From Terriglobia bacterium (GTDB lineage Bacteria > Acidobacteriota > UBA6911), in the NCBI GenBank assembly GCA_963739235.1, contig CAVTZY010000024.1, positions 282,123-346,122 of the forward strand: a DNA stretch of 64,000 nucleotides, read 5' to 3'. The notes under the pieces are model-generated. The model was not told where the DNA came from. It saw nothing but the letters and a program-made list of their open reading frames with translations, and made no database searches. Below are positions 51,090-60,299 of the stretch, piece by piece; position 1 is the first letter of the stretch, and every line of letters starts with the position of its first letter. The position numbers were made by a program, and so were the translations under genes.

Positions 51090-51292
51090 CGGACGTCTCG
51101 GCTGACTTCGCGCGAGGATTGGATGGAGGCGCAGAACACGGCGCCATAGCAAGAAAATAGAACGGAATAGTACAAACCGTAGGTCGAGAGCAGGCGGGAA
51201 GCCTCCAACGGGAGTGTGCCGCATTCGGATTCCATCACGATTGATTTCGGCACACTCTCTTCCTTGCGGACGCGATGCTCCGGACTCGCCAT
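51090..51292 (-). pseudogene. Internally deleted remnant of a VanZ-like gene (first ~42 codons fused in-frame to last ~12 codons) plus duplicated upstream region
   Basis: 68-aa ORF ...PKSIVMESECGTLPLEASRLLSTYG... and ...FCASIQSSR matches N- and C-termini of 45408..46703; 51150..51290 is ~95% identical to 46600..46740. Confidence 0.55.
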
Positions 51293-51416
51293 GTCCGTTA
51301 ATCGCGCTCGGGAGTTCTTTTGTCCAATTATCGTTTGTCATTTCACTATTTCATATCACTACGGTCCGGTTAATGGAATTTATTACACATAAATTGTGCT
51401 ATACTGTTAATGTGCA

Positions 51417-51659
51417 ATGGAGGATCTCATGAACAAGAATGTCACATTGCGGCTGGATGAAGCTGTCTTGCGCAAGGCCAGACATGCGGCAGTCGAGCAG
51501 GACCAGTCCTTGTCGGAATGGGTGGCCGATTTGGTCATTCGCACCACATCCGAAACGGATCGCAAGCAGAGTGCCCGGACCAGCGCGCTGCATCGGATAC
51601 GCAAAGGCTTGCATCTGGGCGGCACACCACTTTCGAGGGAGGAAGCCCATGGGCGTTGA
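51417..51659 (+). CDS. Putative antitoxin (RHH/CopG-like) of second VapBC-like pair
   Basis: 80 aa; NVTLRLDEAVLRKARHAAVEQDQSLSEWVADLV typical RHH-type antitoxin; overlaps PIN gene start. Confidence 0.5.
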   Translation: MEDLMNKNVTLRLDEAVLRKARHAAVEQDQSLSEWVADLVIRTTSETDRKQSARTSALHRIRKGLHLGGTPLSREEAHGR

Positions 51660-52071
51660 TCAGATCTTTGTCGACACCAACATACTCGTCTACGCACACG
51701 ATATCGATGCAGGCGAGAAATACCGGATCGCCAGGGACAAGATATCCGCCCTATGGCATCGTGATCTGCTGCCGAGCATCAGCGTCCTGGTACTGCAGGA
51801 ATTCTATGTAAATCTCATCAGGAAGAAAGTTGCCACGCCGCTTGCCCGGGAGACCGTGACCAACTACCTCGAGTGGGATGTGATCGACAATGACCGTTTC
51901 CTCTTCATCGAAGGGCTCCGATGGAAAGAGAAGTGCAACCTGGCCTACTGGGATGCTTTGATACTTGCCGCGGCAAGAAAAGCCAAGGCAAAGGAGGTTT
52001 GGAGCGAAGATTTGGCCTCTGGCCAGAATTACGATGGAATCATGGTGGTAAACCCGTTGATTCAGCAATGA
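51649..52071 (+). CDS. PIN-domain toxin (VapC-like)
   Basis: Start chosen at MGVDQIFVDTNILVYAHD (ATG 51649) within ORF-track 51439..52071; conserved PIN D residues (VDTNIL, ...YWDALILAAA). Confidence 0.65.
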   Translation: MGVDQIFVDTNILVYAHDIDAGEKYRIARDKISALWHRDLLPSISVLVLQEFYVNLIRKKVATPLARETVTNYLEWDVIDNDRFLFIEGLRWKEKCNLAYWDALILAAARKAKAKEVWSEDLASGQNYDGIMVVNPLIQQ

Positions 52072-52949
52072 CGCTTGTATTTTGGAGAGGCGGCCACAAT
52101 GAATCTAGCCCGGGCCGGCAAGAGCGTCACGTGAACGTCCGAAGGCAGGGGGGACGGCAAGCTTCTCGTGCAAATGCCTCGCTGCCCAATGCGATGCATG
52201 CTGTTTATATCCCGCTTTGAACCAGGCGCCCTTCTGCAATTGCTTCCGCAACGCGACTCCGGTGCGCGTCTGCCAAGGCCTCCCTAACACGCGCGCCCAG
52301 AACTTCAATTTATCTAACTGCCATCCGTGACAGGCACTTACATAAGGTGAAACTCTTCTCTCGCCCTTCCAGGGCTCTCGTGCATACTCATAAACCCCGG
52401 GCGGCGCTGCGCTTGCCCGGGGCTACTATCTCGCGCGCCTCCGGCGCGGGTTCCGCCCGCAGATTACAGGATTCCCCTGCACACCCGTCTCGGCGTGCGT
52501 TATCCATGCAGTGTGCCCACCTGCCATTGTGCACATACCCCGGAGGTTACGCAATCGTGCCTGCTCAGCGCGTCAAAATTGCGCAACCTGTGATTGTGCA
52601 ATATGTCGCTCCCCCCAACATGTTGTGATACGCGCCTTATCACACAATCGAAGGGGCAATAAGATAGTAGCCGGGTGTAAGCGCAGTGCCGCCCCCGGTT
52701 AACCAATGACGCATAATGAGCCCCGGCGGGGCGAAGGAAAACCACGTTATCCTCCATGTAAAGGTTGAGCCAGCCCTCAGGAGCCCTTATCAGAGTGCCA
52801 TTCGTGCCTTTTGCCAGTTTCGCTTCGATCCAAAGGCATAAGGGTTCAATGATCGGCAGTCGATGAGATATTCCAGGCGAGTGCAGCCGCAAGCTGTATT
52901 TGTGTATGGCAAAGGCAAATGCCTGCTGGGGTAGTCAAAGAGGTTCTGG

Positions 52950-55900
52950 ATGACGCCAGGTGAAGAAAATTGCCGTCGGCATTCCGCTATCATCACGGGC
53001 GGGCTATTACTCCTGTGTCTCTGGACTTGCTTCTTGGGGGTAGCCAGAGCCGCCGATACCGGTTTCAAAACGACCGGGACAATTGTGTCCTCGGGGAGCT
53101 GGACAAACTTTACCACGGTCTATATCAACTCCAGTAACGACCAACGGGCATATGTCTCGTCCTCGAGCAGTTATGGTGTCTGCTCCACGTACGGTTTTTC
53201 GATTCCTGCAGATGCCAGGATCGATGGCATTGAGGTGCAAGTGGAAGGGAGAGAGCCGTTTACGTTCGGGACGGTGAATTTTGGTATCCAAGTCTCCTGG
53301 AACAACGGATCCAGTTGGGTCACTGAAAAAACCAGCTCGTTTAATTCGTCCACTGACGCCACCAGCACATTCGGAGGCTCGTCCGACACATGGGGCCGGA
53401 GTTGGACCGACACGGAATTCTCCGACGCCAATTTCCAGTTGAGGGTCAGAAAGATAAGCGGTATCCTTAATTTTGAAATTGACTTCCTCCAGGTACGCGT
53501 CTACTACACTAATGCCAAAACGTGGGATCGGGGGGCCGGTACAAACAATTGGGGAGATGCCAACAACTGGAACCCCGACGGTGTGCCGCTGGCAACAGAG
53601 AATGTAAGTCTCACCGGTGCCGACACCATCGATGTCAATGTCGCGGGAGTTTGCAACAGCATTACATTGAACAATGCTGGTCTCGCTCTCACGGTGAAGA
53701 GCGGAAACTCGCTCACTGCTTCATTTAACTTTAAGCTCACCAGCGGCACATTGAATACGGAGGCTGCCTTCCCAACGGTAACCGGAACTACAACTATTTC
53801 GGCCGGAACAGTTGGCTACAATGGCAGCGGAGCTCAGGCCGTCCTGGCGTTGAATTACTACAATCTTACCCTCAGCAATGCAGGGACGAAAACGATCGCA
53901 ACGGCGACGACGGTGGCGGGGGACATGACGACATCGGGGACGGTGACGGCGTCGTGCAGCGGCAGCCTGACTGTGAGCGGCAATGTCGTCATCGGCAGCG
54001 GCACCACCTTCAACGGCGGCAGCGGAACCGTGGACTTCAACGGGACTCTGACCATCACCAGCGCTACCTTCACCGCCACCAGCGGCAGCCTCTCCGTCGC
54101 CGGAAATCTCACCATCAGTGGGAGCACGTTTGCTCACAATTCTGGCACCGTCGTTTTCGATGGCACCGATGCCACCCTCACTTCCGGGGGCGCTGCCTTC
54201 AATAACTTCACCGTCAACGCCGCCAACAAACAGGTCTATCTCTCCGCCAGTGGTTCCTTGACCGTCAACGGCACCCTCAGCATCCAAACCGGATACCTGA
54301 TCCAGGATCCCGCCAACAACCTTTCCGCCGGCTCAATCAGTATCGGCGCCAGCGGCAGATTGAGAAACTACGGCACTGGCAGCCTCACCCTGGCCGGACC
54401 CGTTTCCAACTCAGGAACAATCGATTTCGACGGAGGCGGCGATGCTTCGTGCACGGGCACCAATCGAATCCTGATCCGCTCCTCCGTCAACGGCACGCAG
54501 CGTGCCTGGAGCAGCTCGGGCGGCACCTTCCAGATGGTCGACGTCGACATCCAAGACCAGGCAGGCACCGCGGCCATCACCTGCTATGGCTCACAGAGTT
54601 CCGGCAACAACGGCGCCAACTGGACGATCAACACCGATTGCGCCGGAGCGCCCACAGCCGTCACGCTGGTCTCGTTTGGAGCGCAGCAAGCGGATACGGC
54701 AGTCAAGTTGCAGTGGCAGACCGGCTATGAAGTGCAGAACCTTGGCTTTCACATTTACCGGGAATCAGGCGGAGTGATCGAGCGTGTCTCGCCGTCGCTG
54801 ATTGCGGGATCGGCGCTTTTTGCCGGCGCGCGGACAGCCCTGGGGACGGGACGATCCTACGAGTGGTGGGATCGCGACGGAGGCGGCCACAGCGGTGCGC
54901 AGTATTGGCTGGAAGACATCGGCCTTGACGGGAACAGAACGCGCCATGGGCCGGTTACGCCGGCTCCGGGCGGACGGGAGATGTCTGATGCCGGCCAATC
55001 CCCGCTGCTCAAAGACATCGGCAGGGCTCAACTTCATTCGGGTAAGCCCAAATCAACCGATTCTGAGACGCAGCCTCAAAGAACGACGGCATCCGACGCG
55101 CCGGAACCGTTACCGACGATGGCGCCCGAGACGCCGGAACCGCCACCGACGATCGCTGACCAGATGCGCGTCCAGATCTGGATCGCAGGGCAGTACGCGG
55201 TCAAGCTGCTGGTAAAACGGGACGGCTGGTACCGTGCGACACAAGCTCAGCTGATTGCTGCCGGACTGAACCCGGATCTCGATCCGCGCAAGCTTCAGCT
55301 GTATGCCGCCGGCGTCGAACAGGCCATCGTAGTCAGCGGCGAAGAAGACGGCCATTTCGATAGCGGGGACTCGGTCGAGTTCTTCGGCCTCGGGATCGAT
55401 ACGCCCTGGACGGACCAACGCGCCTACTGGCTGATCGAAGGCCCGGTCCCGGGCAAAAGAGTCCGGCAGGTATCGCCCGCGGGCGGCGCCGATGCCGGCG
55501 CCAGCTTCCGCTACGATGTCGAGCTCAAACCCCGGACGATACACTTCGGGGCCCTCCTCAATGGCGACGCCGAGAACTTTTTTGGAAACGTGGTGGATCC
55601 CTCGGGGGACGAGGAGATTCTGAGGGTGCATCACCTGGACAACACGGCTCCTGCCGACGCCAGGTTGGAAATCACGCTGCAGGGTGCGACGAAGGAGCCC
55701 CATCAGGTCCGCATCGATCTCAACGGCGCCCAAATCGGCGTTCTTTCATTCGAGCAGCAAATGCAGGGTACGCAGAGGTTCGCACTTCTCGCCGGGTTGC
55801 TCCGGGACGGGGACAACACGGTTCACCTGGTCGCGTTGGGCAGCGACACCGACATTTCTCTCGTCGCGTCCATCCGCCTGTCTTACTGGCACACCTTCAC

Positions 55901-57392
55901 GGCCGATGGCGAAGAACAGCGCGTCACGGCCGGAGGGGGACGGGAAGTGACGATCGGCGGATTTACCAGCACCTCCATCCGCGTCGTGGATGTCTCCGAT
56001 CCCGCAAACGTCAGCGAAATCAACGGGCGGACCCTTGGCGCCGGGTCTGGCTATGAGGTCGCTTTCAGCACCCCTGACAAAAGCGGGGCTCTGCAACTGC
56101 TGGCTTTCGGCGATGAGGCGGTGCAGATGCCTGCGGCCATTCTCCCCCATGCCCCATCGCACTGGAGTGAACACACGTCCGGCGCTGATGTGATTCTGGT
56201 CACGCATGAATCCTTCCAGGAGGCTGCCGCATCTCTTGCTTCCCAGCACAAGGCTGCCGGACTCCAGGCGGCAATCGTCAATGTGGCAGACCTTTATGAC
56301 GAGTTTTCGTTCGGCCTCAAGAACCCGTCCGCGATCCGGGACTTTGTCCTGCGGGCGCTGGCCACATGGAGCAGAGTCCCACGCTGGCTCGTTCTGCTCG
56401 GTGACGCATCCTTCGACCCGAGGGACTATCTCGGTTTAGGAGCAGGCGACTTCGTCCCCACCAAGCTGATTGACACCCAGTACCTCGAGACGGCCTCGGA
56501 CGACTGGTTCGCCGATGCCAACAACGACGGGATCCCGGAGCTTGCGATTGGGCGCCTTCCGGTGCGGACTCCGGCGGAAGCCAATGCCCTGGTTGCCAAG
56601 CTCGCCGCCTATAGGAAGCAGGCCCGCTCGGATGACTGGGCGAAGCGCGTCGCGCTCGTGGCCGATGCCAACGACACCTGGGATTTTGAAGCCGCCAGCG
56701 AAGCCATCAAAGCGGACCTGGGGGCCGACTGGACTTACGCCTCCTTCTATCGCGGCCAGCTCGGCACCTCCGCAGCTCGCCCGGCTTTGCTCGCCGCACT
56801 CGAGGCCGGGAACGCCGTCGTCAACTACTTCGGGCACGGTTCGGTGGAACTCTGGCATGACAACCTGCTCACCTCCGAAGATGCACGGAACCTGGGCAAC
56901 GGCGTGAAACTGCCGCTGTTTCTGATGATGACCTGCCTGAACGGCTTCTTCGTGGATGTTTACAGCGAGTCGCTGGGCGAAGCTCTGCTCAAAGATCCCG
57001 ATGGCGGTGCCGTGGCCGTCTGGGCATCGAGCGGGCTGGCCGAGCCTGACGGGCAGCTGCCGGCGAATCGCGAGGTGTACAGCGAGCTGAAGCGACCCGG
57101 CGCCACTCTCGGCCAAGCCGTCGCCCGAGCCAAGGCTGCCACGAGCGACGCCGACGTACGGCGCACCTGGGTTCTGCTCGGGGATCCGACCCTGGGGTCT
57201 CCGGTGGCTGGGCCCGCTCAGGTGGTTGGCGATATCAACGGCGATGGGGTGGTGAATGTACTGGATCTCCAGCTCTTGGTCAACATCATCCACGGGGTGA
57301 GCCCCTGCACCGGCAACTGCGACCTCAACGGCGATGGCAGCGTGAATCTGCTGGATCTGCAGATTCTTGTCAACATCATCCTCGGAGTCTGA
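52950..57392 (+). CDS. Giant secreted protein: signal peptide, Gly/Thr/Ser-rich beta-helix-like repeat region, peptidase family C25 (gingipain-like) catalytic domain, C-terminal tandem dockerin-like repeats
   Basis: 1480 aa; VVNYFGHGSVELW and PLFLMMTCLNGFF match C25 His/Cys catalytic motifs; C-terminus GDINGDGVVNVLDLQLLVNIIHG ... CDLNGDGSVNLLDLQILVNIILG are two dockerin-type Ca-binding repeats. Confidence 0.7.
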   Translation: MTPGEENCRRHSAIITGGLLLLCLWTCFLGVARAADTGFKTTGTIVSSGSWTNFTTVYINSSNDQRAYVSSSSSYGVCSTYGFSIPADARIDGIEVQVEGREPFTFGTVNFGIQVSWNNGSSWVTEKTSSFNSSTDATSTFGGSSDTWGRSWTDTEFSDANFQLRVRKISGILNFEIDFLQVRVYYTNAKTWDRGAGTNNWGDANNWNPDGVPLATENVSLTGADTIDVNVAGVCNSITLNNAGLALTVKSGNSLTASFNFKLTSGTLNTEAAFPTVTGTTTISAGTVGYNGSGAQAVLALNYYNLTLSNAGTKTIATATTVAGDMTTSGTVTASCSGSLTVSGNVVIGSGTTFNGGSGTVDFNGTLTITSATFTATSGSLSVAGNLTISGSTFAHNSGTVVFDGTDATLTSGGAAFNNFTVNAANKQVYLSASGSLTVNGTLSIQTGYLIQDPANNLSAGSISIGASGRLRNYGTGSLTLAGPVSNSGTIDFDGGGDASCTGTNRILIRSSVNGTQRAWSSSGGTFQMVDVDIQDQAGTAAITCYGSQSSGNNGANWTINTDCAGAPTAVTLVSFGAQQADTAVKLQWQTGYEVQNLGFHIYRESGGVIERVSPSLIAGSALFAGARTALGTGRSYEWWDRDGGGHSGAQYWLEDIGLDGNRTRHGPVTPAPGGREMSDAGQSPLLKDIGRAQLHSGKPKSTDSETQPQRTTASDAPEPLPTMAPETPEPPPTIADQMRVQIWIAGQYAVKLLVKRDGWYRATQAQLIAAGLNPDLDPRKLQLYAAGVEQAIVVSGEEDGHFDSGDSVEFFGLGIDTPWTDQRAYWLIEGPVPGKRVRQVSPAGGADAGASFRYDVELKPRTIHFGALLNGDAENFFGNVVDPSGDEEILRVHHLDNTAPADARLEITLQGATKEPHQVRIDLNGAQIGVLSFEQQMQGTQRFALLAGLLRDGDNTVHLVALGSDTDISLVASIRLSYWHTFTADGEEQRVTAGGGREVTIGGFTSTSIRVVDVSDPANVSEINGRTLGAGSGYEVAFSTPDKSGALQLLAFGDEAVQMPAAILPHAPSHWSEHTSGADVILVTHESFQEAAASLASQHKAAGLQAAIVNVADLYDEFSFGLKNPSAIRDFVLRALATWSRVPRWLVLLGDASFDPRDYLGLGAGDFVPTKLIDTQYLETASDDWFADANNDGIPELAIGRLPVRTPAEANALVAKLAAYRKQARSDDWAKRVALVADANDTWDFEAASEAIKADLGADWTYASFYRGQLGTSAARPALLAALEAGNAVVNYFGHGSVELWHDNLLTSEDARNLGNGVKLPLFLMMTCLNGFFVDVYSESLGEALLKDPDGGAVAVWASSGLAEPDGQLPANREVYSELKRPGATLGQAVARAKAATSDADVRRTWVLLGDPTLGSPVAGPAQVVGDINGDGVVNVLDLQLLVNIIHGVSPCTGNCDLNGDGSVNLLDLQILVNIILGV

Positions 57393-57412
57393 TTTCGGGG
57401 ACAGGCGCGAAT

Positions 57413-57672
57413 GGCGCTTAGTTAAGAATGCCACAATCACCTGTTAGTCCCGCCAAATCAAGTGATTAAGCCCTGAAGGGGCGGAGCAGCAAAGCCCAGG
57501 GCGTGAGCCCTGGGATCATGGTCATCCGGGAAACCAGCCCTGAAAGGGCGACGCAGCCTGCGCCGCCCTTTCAGGGCTGATTCCTTGCCAAACGTCAGTT
57601 CCCAGGGCTTGCGCCCTGGGCTTTGCTGCTGGACCCTTTCAGGGTCCCAATTGAAATCCTTATCTAAGCGCC
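57413..57672. repeat. MITE-like ~259-bp element (right copy), inverted relative to 45066..45324
   Basis: Reverse complement of the left copy with few mismatches; additionally flanked by short inverted repeats atttcggggacaggcgc / gcgcctgtccccgaaat. Confidence 0.75.
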
Positions 57673-57717
57673 TGTCCCCGAAATAGCACAGGCGAGGATC
57701 TATCCACGTTTACAATA

Positions 57718-58641
57718 TCAGCCTGCGTGCTGTCTCAGGGATTCAACCACGCGATAGTCGGGAACGACACTGAGTTCATAGCAGGGAATGTTCTTGATCA
57801 GCTCTTCATAAAAACCGAGAGTGAACTCAAGCCCGCCCCGGTCATAGAAGGTGGGAAAGGTGCACGAAAAGAGGTGAGCGGCGGCCTCGGCACCGGTCTT
57901 TCTCACGATTGCGTTTTCAGAGCCGTGACGCAAAAGGAAAACTTTCTTCAGCAATGCGCGCTGAGGCTGGGCAAACTCAGCTTCCCCGTGCCAAGGTGTG
58001 CCATACATCCAATAGTGCCCATCTGTCCGACGCAGAATGATGCGGTCGTCGCTGAGAATCGTCACTCCTCGTTCTCGTTCCCAAAGCCTGGCCATGGTCG
58101 TTTTGCCGGCGCCGGACTGACCTGCAAAAACATATCCGTTTCCCGAAATATCCACGAGCCCACACGCGTGGATTTCAACGCCGCTTCCCCTGGATAGAAT
58201 GTGCAGCATCATGAGTTCATCCAAAGGATACTGGAGCGGATATACGGCCTGACCCGGGTCAAAGTGGGGGCGGTGAAGATATACTTCGCCGAAATTGAAA
58301 TCCCGATTGAAGCGTGCAATTGCGTATGGAACCGGGCCAAGAGTGGCGGCAAAACATTGATAAAGGTAGCATCCATCCTCGGCAAACAGTTTCCATGAAC
58401 CACCGGAATCGAAAATCCTGTCCCAGCCGCATTCGGCCGTGAGATTCTGCCAGGAGGCTTCAAGATTCACGTCGGCTTTTAACCTGGGCACCCTGAACCG
58501 ACTCATCTCCGCACCGGGATGGATCTTCATGTCAGGAGCGACGGAGGTAATAGAAATACTGATATCGGCAATTGCGAGGCAAACCTCGCCGAAGGATGGT
58601 TTGGGTTCTGCGGCTCCTGGAAAGGATGTGCTCAAGATCAT
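57718..58641 (-). CDS. HPr kinase-related (HprK C-terminal-domain-like) kinase, RiPP-associated type
   Basis: 307 aa; P-loop GQSGAGKTT followed by ILSDD; this kinase family accompanies PqqD-type RRE proteins in lasso peptide clusters, where it phosphorylates the precursor C-terminal Ser. Confidence 0.7.
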   Translation of the reverse strand: MILSTSFPGAAEPKPSFGEVCLAIADISISITSVAPDMKIHPGAEMSRFRVPRLKADVNLEASWQNLTAECGWDRIFDSGGSWKLFAEDGCYLYQCFAATLGPVPYAIARFNRDFNFGEVYLHRPHFDPGQAVYPLQYPLDELMMLHILSRGSGVEIHACGLVDISGNGYVFAGQSGAGKTTMARLWERERGVTILSDDRIILRRTDGHYWMYGTPWHGEAEFAQPQRALLKKVFLLRHGSENAIVRKTGAEAAAHLFSCTFPTFYDRGGLEFTLGFYEELIKNIPCYELSVVPDYRVVESLRQHAG

Positions 58642-58700
58642 GGCAGCTCAGTCAGCTGAAAACCGGAGTGCGTTCTGATGTCGGGAGGCAGGAGCCCTGC

Positions 58701-58883
58701 TCAGGATGCGAGGCTATTGCAGGGCACCGGCGCATTACATTTTGCCTGCGCCGGACCGGTGAATCCGGCATTCTTGCATGCTCCTAAGACGGCTTCTTCG
58801 GGTTTCAGCAGCACCTGCTTCAGCTGCGGTTTTTCATAAGGTTTTTTCTTGGGTTCGAGCCCTTTCTCCGGTTTGTCATTCAT
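58701..58883 (-). CDS. Candidate RiPP precursor peptide (60 aa): Lys/Pro-rich leader containing YEKPQL (YxxPxL) and a core with three Cys and a C-terminal Ser
   Basis: MNDKPEKGLEPKKKPYEKPQLKQVLLKPEEAVLGACKNAGFTGPAQAKCNAPVPCNSLAS; AGGAAAG RBS 5 nt upstream of ATG; located between the rSAM/SPASM gene and the HprK-like kinase on the same strand. Confidence 0.45.
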   Translation of the reverse strand: MNDKPEKGLEPKKKPYEKPQLKQVLLKPEEAVLGACKNAGFTGPAQAKCNAPVPCNSLAS

Positions 58884-58991
58884 ACGCTTTCCTCGCTCAC
58901 AAGTTTCCGGCCTCTTGGGCCGCGCGTGCCGATCAAAATCCAGGGCCGACGCCGAGATCGGCCTGGAAGCCCCACACTCTCACGTGTGCCG

Positions 58992-60299
58992 TCAGCACGA
59001 TGGAGCGCCGGCAGCGAATCCGCAGCCACATGCGGAGTCATCTGCTTTCAATGCTCCCGGCGATCCATCAAATGGGGGCCCGGAACCCGGTTCTATCTTT
59101 GTTCCGCCATCCCCAATGCCCCGCACCCGATCTATAAGTTTGTCATATCCTTGCCTGCTCATGCAATGCTCGCATCCTCCGTGCCCGGGCACAGGAATAC
59201 CAAGGACGTGGGACCGGAGATGCGCGACCTGGCACAGAAAATCCACGGGGGATTCCGGATCTCCCCGCTCCAACTCGCCATTGGCAGGACACATTCCGCA
59301 CATCGCCTTGATCTCACACGACAGGCACTTGGTGGCTCTGGTTATTTTACGTCCCCGTACTTTCCCTAGAAACTCTTGCCAAGCCGTGCGAAAGCTTCCT
59401 GTGCGCAGATCGTAGGTGTCCGTGTGCGAGAGCACACAGATGCTCATTCTCCCCTGCGGGTCGATGGCGAAGGAATTAATCCCCCCGCCGCAGTGATACA
59501 TCTCGCTGCCATCCCCCGATGAATGCACCGGCCCATTGAACTGCCTGGTAAAGCTCGCCCACGCCGCGACCCGTTTGGGATCCAGCAGATCGAGCTCAAT
59601 AACCTCAGCAGGCGTAAGCCTCACCGCCAAAGGGCTCTGCGTGTTATCAATTCTTGGGTTGATCATGCAATCAAACGTGAACTCCAGTCCGAGTTCTTGC
59701 TCAGCGAACTGCTTCATATCCCAGATTTCGTGCTTGTTCAAGGTGATGGCTGTGGTCTTGAGATACAGCGGCAATCTGCGATCCCGGAGCAACCGGATTC
59801 CTCGCATGCACTTCTCAAAGGAACCCGGGATTCCGGTGATACGCTCGTAAGTCTCTCGGGTGCGGCCATACAGAGTAATTCCTATGGAAAATGGAATCCA
59901 CTGAGCGAGGTGGTCTGCCACATCCGGGGTGACCAGGGTGCCATTAGTAAAGAGGGTGATCAGCAGCCCCTTTTTCTTGGCATAGGTGTAAATGTCGAGG
60001 AAATCTCTCCGGGCAAAAATCTCCCCGCCCGTGTAAAGCAGCCAAAGGCAGCCGCTGTCGGTGATCTCGTCCAGCACGCGACAATGATCGTCGTAACTCA
60101 GCTCACCGAGTCGGGCCTCACGGTCCTCCATGGCCAGATTGTTGTAGCAATGGCAGCATGCCATCGGGCAGCGCCGAGTCACCTCGATCGTGCCACTCAG
60201 CGGGATTCTGTGCTTGAAAGATCGCCGCTGCAGGCCCGCACTGAATTCGCCATAGCTTAGCATTTCCCCGTCATCCTCCGTTTTCGGGCAAGCTGCCAT
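58992..60299 (-). CDS. Radical SAM peptide-modifying enzyme with SPASM domain and additional Cys-rich C-terminal tail
   Basis: 435 aa; CPMACCHCY (Cx3Cx2C); SPASM-type C-terminal cysteines KCLSCEIKAMCGMCP; extra C-terminal GGCEHC...CGCG. Confidence 0.85.
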   Translation of the reverse strand: MAACPKTEDDGEMLSYGEFSAGLQRRSFKHRIPLSGTIEVTRRCPMACCHCYNNLAMEDREARLGELSYDDHCRVLDEITDSGCLWLLYTGGEIFARRDFLDIYTYAKKKGLLITLFTNGTLVTPDVADHLAQWIPFSIGITLYGRTRETYERITGIPGSFEKCMRGIRLLRDRRLPLYLKTTAITLNKHEIWDMKQFAEQELGLEFTFDCMINPRIDNTQSPLAVRLTPAEVIELDLLDPKRVAAWASFTRQFNGPVHSSGDGSEMYHCGGGINSFAIDPQGRMSICVLSHTDTYDLRTGSFRTAWQEFLGKVRGRKITRATKCLSCEIKAMCGMCPANGELERGDPESPVDFLCQVAHLRSHVLGIPVPGHGGCEHCMSRQGYDKLIDRVRGIGDGGTKIEPGSGPPFDGSPGALKADDSACGCGFAAGAPSC

